This document shows, in pieces, positions 53,844 through 64,000 of a stretch of DNA of 64,000 bases. The notes under the pieces were generated by a model. The model was not told the origin of the DNA. It saw only the letters and a list, made by a program, of their open reading frames with translations, and did not search any database. Both the position numbers and the translations under genes were made by a program. The stretch is from contig NC_068989.1 of NCBI RefSeq assembly GCF_001194135.2, forward strand, positions 60,795,878 through 60,859,877, in the 5' to 3' direction. Origin of the DNA: Octopus bimaculoides (Eukaryota). How positions within the stretch are numbered: the first letter of the stretch is position 1; the number at the start of each line of letters is the position of its first letter.

Positions 53844-54134
53844 ATGTCTTGTAACACGATAAGGTTCAATTCGGTTTTAGTTTTTATCGAAACAGCGCTA
53901 CTGTTTCATGCTTTCTTTGTTGCTTCGTTGTTAATGTGTGTTTCACAAATGAATATACTAAAATACTTGCACATAATATCAGCATGTCAAACACAATTTG
54001 AATTAGCATCCATAAACTGCATTAATTTCATTTGTTCCCCTCTTAGATATGTTCGTCCTTTTGTTGTTCAGCAGAAGAACATTCCATGCTATCAGAGCAG
54101 AAAGCTATCTTCTTACATTATTTCTGATGTATAG
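53844..54134 (+). pseudogene. GPCR TM2-TM3-ICL2-like remnant
   Basis: LASINCINFICSPLRY resembles ISxNRxxxICxPLRY; the Cys at the Arg position would be one cgc>tgc change. Confidence 0.3.
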
Positions 54135-54859
54135 CAGGCTTCTCTAAGAAATTTAATAATCTTGAAGTGAATTTTTGCCATTTTTGTTGACGAAATATAC
54201 GTACGTGCACGCAAGAATGTAACAGAGGCATATATAAAAATATGGACAAGTAATTAATACATTAAGTAGCTTTAATAATCACGACAATTATCAATATTTA
54301 GATTTTACATTGAAGTTCCACCGTGTTTCACGTTACCGTTTCCTGACTAAATGCTTTGTTATAAGTAATTAGTTGATAATGCTCTTGTATATTTCATCAC
54401 AAAAGAGGATTACAAATACTGTGATTCTAAAATTAAAATAAATAATTTGTAAATTACTTAACGGGTGACAGCGCATTTAGAAATAACTCTGGAAATGAAA
54501 GAAACAATGAGATAGAAGCGTAGACGGAAGAAGTGAAAAAATACGAATGAACAGAGAAATATGTATAAGAGAAAGGACGTGAGAAGATTCCTCAAGAAAT
54601 ATTAAGAGATACATTAGATAAAAGAGGGGAGAATAAAGAGATGCGGTTTTATCAGGCTAAACATTCACTGAATTAGGAGAGGAAAATATGCAATTAGCTA
54701 CAATATCACATATGTAACCTTTATCTGAACGGGAGTGGTTACACGAATGTGTCTGTTGTTCATTATATAAGTTCAAATTAAATCAAGGTCCATTTTGAGT
54801 TTTATCCTTTCCGGGTTCGATAAATAACATGCCAGTCAAGTACAGGAGTTGATCTGCAC

Positions 54860-54990
54860 CTCTCTCTTCCCTTCTCCCTCTCTTTTCCTCTCTCCCTCTC
54901 TTTTCCTCTCTCCCTCTCTTTTCCTCCCTCCCTCTCTTTTCCTCTCTACATATCTTTTCTTATATACTCCTCTTTTCCTCTCTCCTTTGC
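54860..54990. repeat. 18-bp CT-rich minisatellite (ctctcttttcctctctcc)
   Basis: Direct. Confidence 0.85.
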
Positions 54991-56608
54991 TCTCTCTATC
55001 TCTGAGCAGGCTATGCTACACTACTATGACAGTGATGGGGTGCATTCACATTCTTGATTTCCTGTAATAATAAAAGCATTCGGCAAGTGTGTACAGACTG
55101 TTGGGAAAATGAAATCAAACCAAAAAATATATCCTATTAGGACCGATTAAGGACAACTTTTTGTGGAGCATGGGAATTCTGCGAAATTTAAGAATAGCAT
55201 ATACATACATACATACGTATATNNNNNNNNNNNNNNNNNNNNNNNNNNNNNNNNNNNNNNNNNNNNNNNNNNNNNNNNNNNNNNNNNNNNNNNNNNNNNN
55301 NNNNNNNNNNNNNNNNNNNNNNNNNNNNNNNNNNNNNNNNNNNNNNNNNNNNNNNNNNNNNNNNNNNNNNNNNNNNNNNNNNNNNNNNNNNNNNNNNNNN
55401 NNNNNNNNNNNNNNNNNNNNNNNNNNNNNNNNNNNNNNNNNNNNNNNNNNNNNNNNNNNNNNNNNNNNTATATATATATGTACACGTATATGTAATATGT
55501 ATCAATCTCCCCCCTCTCTCTCTCTCTCTCTCTCTCCACACACGCACACACACACACACACACACACATACACTCATATGTACACACACATACATATACG
55601 TGTCTGTTTGTGAGTATGTGTGTGTGTATATTTGTGCTTGTGTAAGTGTGTATGTGTGGAGTGAGAGGGATTGAAATTGAGTGAATAAAAGAGTGAGAGA
55701 GAGAGAGAGAGAGAGAAAGGAGGGGAGAGGAAACCTTTGTCTGTTGAACCTACGAATAATATATGAAAATATATAAACAATTGCAGGACATTCAGCTCAA
55801 TGTTATCAGTAAATTTTATGAAAGCATGAAGATTCCTCATATCACATATAGGTACATTGACTGAAGAATCTGGTTTAGTTAAGTTATATTGCATCAGTGA
55901 TTGAAGATTAAATAAGGTACAATGCACAAAGCACAGAAGTATCTAAAACACGCAAAGATTCCAATCTGCGAGCTGCCATCATACTATTGATTCATGGTTC
56001 TTCGACATAGAAATAATGAGCTCTTATACAGCGTACGAACAAAATACAATGGACGAAACTCTTTAATTATCGTTGAAAGGTTATCTGAGCTATTACAGAA
56101 TCGTAGGACAGGTAGAAATAAATTCACGATAGTTACTTGCAGAGAACAGAGATAAAAATCACAAAAGCTTTAGAATTTCATGCTATTCTTTCTCTTGTTT
56201 GCTATCTACCTATGTTTCACTATATCTTTTTAACTACCTTCTTTTCTTCTCTTTCTCCTTTCTTAAATGTACTGTCTCTGAAGACTAACTTAGATATCAC
56301 CAGACGCAAGGTCTTTAGCCGGTACAAGCCAACAAGGGAGCTCCTATACTGTTTCTCAATCTGGTAGAAATAACAGCTGAATCTCTCTCAAATGATATGC
56401 TTCTCTCTGTGGAAAGGAGCAGACAGTACAGTTTTACTTAGCTTTCTAAAATCATAGACTGGCCATTTCTGTAAGTGAATTGATCTTAGATCTACTCATT
56501 CAAGGCAGATTTTTAAATAAGCTATCAAGAGTTTTCAAATACATCATAATTGATAGGATCTAACTAGAATTAGAAATAACTGGATATATACTGGCCTTGA
56601 GACAAATA

Positions 56609-56880
56609 TTAACTATAGAAACGATTTATATAGTGACGTGCAATTCTGGATGTAGAGTAGAAAATTCTGAAGTCACAATTTGAATTATTCAGGAAAAATT
56701 GCATAACAAAATTAGTAATGAGAAGCTTAAAGTTGATAAATTTGTTGAAAAAGCAGCTTTGTAAAGTAATGCGTTGTACCTTCAAGAAGGTCGCTTCTAT
56801 CAGCAGTTTACTGAAACACATGTTAATGTGATTACGGCATTGCTCAAAGGGAGTTTAGGAAATTATAGAAAACGGTGAAA
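56609..56880 (-). pseudogene. GPCR TM6/TM7-like remnant
   Basis: FSIIS*TP ... MQFFLNNSNCDFRIFYSTSRIAR. Confidence 0.2.
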
Positions 56881-57154
56881 GAATATGTCAGATAAACACA
56901 ATCATCAACACAAAACTGAAAACAATAATAATAATCACCATCGTCTACAAGTTCAAGGACTGAAATAAGTCGTCATTGTCATCGTCGTCGTCGTCTTCGT
57001 AGCAGTAGTAGTAGCAACAGCAGTAGTAGTAATAGTAGTGACTTCTGAGACAAATGCAAGTCAAGCAATTTGGGGAAGAGTTTGTCTATACTATCGACAG
57101 CAGACCTTGATTGGTAATTTCATTTATCTAACCTGGATAGACGAAAGGATAAAT

Positions 57155-57235
57155 TGTCTGCATAGCTTGGTCGGTAGAGCGTCAGCCATCTAAGGCTCAC
57201 GGGTTCTTGTTCCTCTACGGGCGGAGAAGTTTTTG
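57155..57235 (+). pseudogene. Degenerate tRNA(Lys)-like sequence or SINE head
   Basis: tagcttggtcggtagagcgtcag resembles the tRNA-Lys D-arm; T-arm and anticodon stem are broken; followed by a T5 run. Confidence 0.45.
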
Positions 57236-57239
57236 TAGG

Positions 57240-57975
57240 GGCAGGTGTGTGATAAGAAGCTTGATTCTCAATCACATGGCTTCGGGTTCAGTCCCACTGC
57301 GTGGCAACTCGACTGTCTTGTACTATAGCCTCAGGACAATCGAAGGCTTTTAAGTGGATTTGTTAGATGGAAACTGAAAGAAACCGTCGTGTATACATAT
57401 TATTTTACTTGTTTTAGTCATTTGACTGCAGCCATGCTGGGGTACCGCATTCAGCCGATCAAATCGACACCAGGACGTATTCCTTGTAAGCTTAGTACTT
57501 ATCCTATGGGTGTCTTTTGTCGTACCGCTAAGTTACGGGGGATACACCAACTTCCGTCGTTAAGCGATGATGGGAGGAGAAACACAGGCACAGAAATATA
57601 TATATATATATATAGTAGGCTTCTTTCAGTTTCTGTCTCTTAAATCTACTCACAAAGCTTCGGTCATCCCGTGGCTATAGTAGGAGACCCTTGCCTAAGG
57701 TGGCACGCAGTGAAACATACACCTGTCTTCGTCTTTTGTTTTTCTATAAATTTCAGCTATATATTTATATGTGCGCGTGTGTGCGACTTTATATCTGTGC
57801 TTGTTCCCACCCACCACGACCACCTGACAACAGGTGTTGGTGTGCTAACGTCCCCGTAAATTGCGGTTCGACAAAAAGACACTGATGGCAGCCTTTAAAA
57901 ATTACTCTGGTCGATTTTTGTCGGTTAAAACTCTTCAAGGCAGTGCCCAGCATGGCTGCAGTAAAATTATTGAAA
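57240..57975. mobile_element. Family B SINE (+) with a second family B copy (-) nested in its spacer
   Basis: Order: head+ 57240-57390, tail- 57405-57600, head- 57615-57715, tail+ 57800-57975. Confidence 0.8.
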
Positions 57976-60207
57976 CATGTATATATATATANNNNNNNNN
58001 NGTTGTTAATAATCAATATACTTATTTAGCAAAAATAATAATAATAATATCTAAAACAATGTTATCTCTGCACACAGGCTTTAGTGTTGTTAGATTGTCA
58101 ATAGAGGGGGATTATGCATTTCATACTTTCATATATGATAAACGTTATCATTATAGTAAATATAAATTTCGTATTGTATATAAATTCGTTTCTTTCTTGT
58201 TCAAAAAAAAAAAAAGAAGGAGAATATTCTTCACATTTCCATTCAACACAATACATTATAATTGCAACATCGTTTTTTATTCGTTTTGCTACAATTACCT
58301 TGGTATATACAGCTTATAATGTCTATTTTCCCCTTACATTTGTTTCTTTTATTGCCTTCCATTTTTGATTGTGTGTTGTGTGTTTGACATTTTATTCCCT
58401 ATTATGTGCGATGCAATTTTCCTCGCTACAGTTCATGAATTATATTGGCTGATTTCATCAATTCATATTTTTATAACATTAGTTATTTAAAATGTATCAA
58501 GCCGATATTTTCTTCTATAATATTTTCAATATTATTAGTGGTACGGAAATAAAGGGTAAAATTATGGTGATGAGGATGATGATGATAATGACGAAGAGGA
58601 GGGGGAGGAAGAAGAGGAGGGGGAAGAGCAGGAAGAGGAGGGGTGGTAGATGTTTTATACATGTTATTCGTTGCAGATCTCATCGTAAATGACGCTGATA
58701 TAATAACAAAGTAGTCTTGAGTACAAAATGAAAAATTTGCGAGTTCTGAGTGCAATGATATACATATATGCACATATATATTAGATATAAATAAATGAAA
58801 ACCCGTTGAAGACATTGTATATTTGAAACTGCAGCGATACAAGACACACATTTCGAACTCCTTTCTTTGTATAGTACTTAATTCATCGCTCTCATAATAC
58901 AAATTAATGCAAATGTGTAGGCTGGTTTATCTTTTAAAGACCAAGTGGAACCACTCTGGTTTGTTCTAGAGATTGGAATGTAAATGTTCCTGTTGATATT
59001 CTAAACTTTTTCCTCAAATCCCGCTAGATGTGGATTGCGTGGTGGAATCCTCCGACATTTAAATATATACGGTATTTCGTCATAGAATTTCAAATTTATA
59101 CATAGGGTCATGAGATTGAGTTTTCATGTCTGTTCTTTTAGGGATAGAAATAAAATGTATAGCACACAACCTGAGTGGTTTCATTCTGTCTTTAAAACAG
59201 AAAAATACAAAATTCAACACCTAAATGGAAAATAATTAGAAGGGCTTTAACATATAACATCGGGAGCTCGAAATGTAGCTTATGCTGCCGGAATAAATGA
59301 GTGGACGTAAAGGACGGTGGGATAAGCGATAAATGACGACCGAATAAGGATAAGCCAAAAACAAAAGTAGACGTATAGAATGATAGAAAAGAGGAAGCAT
59401 CGAAAAAAATAGATAGACAAATAGAACGAAATGAGGTAAAATGAGACGAACGTGGGGCTAAAAGTGAATGATAAGGTGAGAACCCAAGAGGGAATCACTG
59501 CATAGATCAGCGGTGAAAATGGGAAAGGATGGGTGAAAGGAGAAATACGATGATCACGTAGTGCTGGAAAGGGATAGGAAACACAGAAAGTGTGTAGTGA
59601 GGTGTAGAGAGAAAGATAGAGACTAGTGTAGAGGAAAGGGCTGTGCAAAAATGAAACGACTGTAGAGAGGCATGAAAGAAGGGGTGTGCTGAATAAGAGA
59701 AACTGATGGAAAATGGTAAACTGAAAGTGATAGACAGAAAAAAAAAGCAACAGAAAGGCATGATGGCAAGAGAAGTAAGATAGCTAGACAGGAGAGGGAG
59801 AGAGATGGAGAAGGAATGAGGAAGAGAGAAAGAGAGAAACGTCACGCCAAATATTATCCGCTGTATGGAGTACAATTTAGAGAGGGCACAAAATGAGTAG
59901 TGGCGTTATATCACATAATAAGAGAAAACAAATTCACTTAAGTATGACAAAGAAATACACAGAACAAGGATGACACAAGGTTGACATAGAAAAATTACAC
60001 AGAAGACGGGAACATGCTCACCGCTCATCAGTTATCGGCCCCAAATCATCACGCTTTCGTAGTCATTATCAATAAAATTATTATTTTGGTTACACCCACA
60101 GCAATATTGGTGGGATAAGTGAGCGGACGTAATGGCAGTGACAAAAACAAAAACAAGATATAAAAGACGGTACACATACACGCACAAACACATGTAAAGA
60201 AAATCAT

Positions 60208-60247
<40 letters not shown>

Positions 60248-60285
60248 ACACACACACACATATATATATAGCACACACACACACC

Positions 60286-60367
<82 letters not shown>

Positions 60368-60500
60368 ATACTATGTAAATATATATTCGCAGACAGTCAC
60401 TTGTACACACATACACACATCTACGCATGCCCTGATGTATATTACACATGTTATATATAATTCATATATATATTTATATATATATATATATATATATTAG

Positions 60501-61357
60501 ATGTGGTCTGATCAGTAAGTATTCGGATTGTTGCTATAGTCACAAAGCTAAAGCAGCAGAGTAAAGACGCCTTGAAGTCTGCTGTGCATACGCACTATGT
60601 TTTAAAGTTCTAACTCACTTTAACTGTTTACAGCAGTGCTTGGAAGGAAGATGTGTAGCGTGTGATCGTCGCATTAACAAAGAAAAGTGGGCAGTGAATC
60701 TGCATCAAATGTCGCCAAATGCTTGGCGATAATTGCTCAGAGGCGTACGCAAAGTTTTCAAAGTGTTCATGATTCTTGATACAATCACTCAGTACTGGGG
60801 AATTTGTGCAACTGAAACGCGAGCGTCTTTTCGATCAGTTGAAAGCAGTTTTGGCACTAACTTGGCAGACACACGTATCATACTCAAATCTTCAGTGATA
60901 ATGGACTGAACTAAACCGTAACTAATCCTCTGATACCTCACAGATTGTGATTCGATGATTTTCTTTCATAGCTGGACGCACATCTATGTTTTTCTCAGTT
61001 CTGCAGATTGCGGGTCTCCCAGAGCGTTCATAAATATCGAAATTTTTCGGTCATCTTGGAAACGTCTGAACCACTCGTACACTTGTGTGCGGCTCATACA
61101 CTCTTCTGCATCTACTTTTTGCATCCTTGCGTAAGCCTATGACCATGTATGGCCATTACAACGTTCTCTGTCATGGTCAATGCGATGATCACACGCCACA
61201 CACCTTCATTCCAAGCACTGCTCTAAACAGCTGAAGTGAGATACAACGTTAAAACTTAGTGCGCATGCACAGTGGAGTTCACGGTCAATGTTTGTCATGT
61301 GGCTTCACTCTGCATGCTTTAGCTTCGTTACTATGGCAACATTGATCAGACTTCGTA
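60501..61357. mobile_element. Mariner fold-back: two 5' ends facing inward
   Basis: ~180 bp inverted arms; the minus arm encodes an N-terminal HTH (MSRTQVYEWFRRF..ERSGRP..VSAKLVPKLL). Confidence 0.85.
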
Positions 61358-64000
61358 TATATGATATTTAAATGTATGTTCTGTCGCGCTGTGTCTGTGT
61401 GTGACATTAGCATAAAGCGTCCTTTCACCAATTTTGCATGCTAGCAGGATTTGGAACATTTTTCATTATTTTACTTCTACCTCTTGTATTTTATATAGCA
61501 TCTTAGTTTTAGTAATGTAATACTTCACCAATAAAAAGAACACTATTTCACATTTACGGATCACGTGCATGCTATTAATAAAACAATGTTAAATAACAGG
61601 TAATTACACAACTATCGCGTGTACATTTAAATTATACCATTTACTTTCTATACGCATTAAATTATTTTCTTCTATAGAATACATCGATACTTGGATTGTT
61701 ATGAATATTTCCTTTCCACACCATGAAATGAAATCAATTGAAGATCGCTATTTAGAAGAAGACAAGACATCTGATTAGAAAAATTTAATCGAACCCATTG
61801 AGCGCTTTCACTGAGTCATTGAGAATGTTAATGAGTTCTCATTCTCGACATTATATTCGTTATCGATACATCTCCATCATATACTCCAAGCATTAAGTGA
61901 TGTATAAAGGAAATTACGTAAGCTTGCACATCTGTTATTTTGTAGTAATTTGTATTACTATAAACGGGCGATAAAATTTCCTCCAAAATATCCCATTTTA
62001 GTTTATTTTTTATTTTCTGGGAGAATTCGATCTAGACGTATTAATTCCCTTGCCGGGAATTTACACTTAATTTGAGTATTCACTAAATCGCTTTTTGTCT
62101 GTTTTCCCTTGCCTGCACAATAATACAATAATCATTATGGATAAACATGTTACTGGCATATACATTGCACAGTATAATTTTACTGACAGAGGAATGCAAC
62201 TGGTGATGCCGACAGCTTGACCAATGCATAATTGCAATCAATTTGTTGTGAGGGAGGATGTGTATTGTATTTGATAATCGTAACGCACCAACCACTAATT
62301 CATCTAAATGATTGTCAGTTTGCTCCGATATAATATTCTAGGAATCTCCAATTTCTCTCAATAATTCATATTTTCAATATTAGCATTGTATTAATTAGAT
62401 TTTTAATAATATAAACGTGAAAGAATTTTTGACAAACATTCATGACATTTTACACAACCGGCTAGTGTTTATCTCGAGTCATTTTAATGTCAGCTGTAAC
62501 AAAAGATGTAGAACATGAGGATACTGTAAAGTATTAAAATTATAAAAAAGATGTAGGATGGGAGAGCTTCATTGAGCAATACACGGAACCAAAAATCATT
62601 TATCGCATATATAAGAGTTTTCTAACTATATCATCGGGCTGAGCAATTTCATTCACATTATCCTTATAATCTTCATCACTATCACCTCCATTATGATGAT
62701 GACATTTACGAATCAATATCATCATCACCCTGCTTTATCTGGTTCTCCTCATCCCCAAAATTTGGCGCTGCTGTAATAGAAACAATAGCAACAAAACACA
62801 AATATTTGAACTGTACACAGCACTGAGACATCCAATAGCAGTTTAAACGTATTGTTTCTCTTTTCATTAGTTGTTACCTCCAACTTTGTCTGACACAAAC
62901 ATTTTGTGACAATCTATACTTGTTCACGGAATTATTTCTCCTTTGTTGGGCATTAACTGCAGCTGATAGCCTTCTAGTGACAGTTTCGTAATCTGGTGTG
63001 AAATATTTATATGAAATGTTAATAACATAAAGTTCCTTCAAATGATCACTTCATAATTCTGAAATAGTTTAAGTGTAGAAACTTGGACAAGCAATATATA
63101 TCAGGGAATGATGATTTATGCATTCAAAATCAATATTTACTATGCATGTTCGATGTGAATTTTGGCAGAGGAGGAAATATATAGGTTAATTTCGTTGGAT
63201 GCGAAATGATGTACTTGGGTGGCAATAACTAACTTAAATTTTCAGAAATAAGAAGAGCTTATTAAAACATTATCTCATTTAAGAATTCATCAATTAAGTT
63301 ACTTTAAATTAAAAAAATATCAAACATACATTGTAGGTATAATGGTAATAGTATAAAACTAATTTCACTCATGCACCGGCATGATATTTTCAGTCAACTA
63401 CTTGGGTTATCAATTACTTTTCTTTCTCTGCAATGAAGTGTATGCCTTTGATAAGTTCCTACAGGCGACACTTATTCTTCATGCTCTAGGTTTGATTACA
63501 ACAGTGAGGATTCATGAATATCTAATGTAGGACAAATATCACTAATCAATAAACATTAGTTGGAAATAAATTATATAGGTATACCTCGATTCTAATGTAG
63601 ACAAAATAAAACAAAAAAGTTTTCGTCTCACTATAGAAAAAGATATGTTGGACATTTCTTAAATAATGGAAGTCCTTCTACATTTAGTGTAGTATTAACT
63701 TATGAGACGCGACATTCGATGTATTTAGAAGCTGAAATTTGCTCAAACAATAAAAATAGAGGAAAACTACAACTATTTTGTGATTGTTTGCTACCGGCGT
63801 GTTAGATTTACTTTCGATTACATTAATAATTCATCCATTTACGAAAAAGAAAACAAAATAGAAAACAGAAAATCCGATAAAATACTGTACGTAACAATGA
63901 TGAATCTAGGAGCGCTCTGCTATTGGAGAGCCACTGAATATTTAACCACCAAAAGAATCGTTTCTTGTTTTGCTCAATAGATTTTCTTTCTTCCCTCTCA

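Overview
AT-rich animal genomic DNA with many N gaps and a very heavy microsatellite load ((CA)n, (TA)n, (AG)n, (AAT)n, (TACA)n). The SINE families and repeat landscape resemble an octopus/coleoid cephalopod draft assembly (inference, not a database result). I find no complete intact gene, rRNA, intact tRNA or CRISPR array, and most ORFs in the supplied track are artefacts of microsatellites or N runs. Recognisable content: tRNA-derived SINEs of three families, decayed LINEs (RTE-like, R4/Dong-like, an APE endonuclease fragment), Penelope-like element (PLE) RT and GIY-YIG remnants, several mariner derivatives and MITEs. Unexplained structure worth follow-up: (1) an ~870 bp array built on a 21-bp unit with about 18 perfect TTC-N3-GAA (STAT/GAS-type) sites interleaved with Rel/NF-kB-like sites; (2) a 200-codon open minus-strand frame whose Cys/His motif recurs in two nearby minus-strand segments; (3) several unrelated short elements sharing a minimal hammerhead-ribozyme-like core; (4) multiple fold-back elements; (5) scattered, low-confidence remnants resembling class A GPCR helices. 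All protein-family calls come from manual translation and motif recognition and need HMM or BLAST confirmation. Element boundaries are approximate unless stated.
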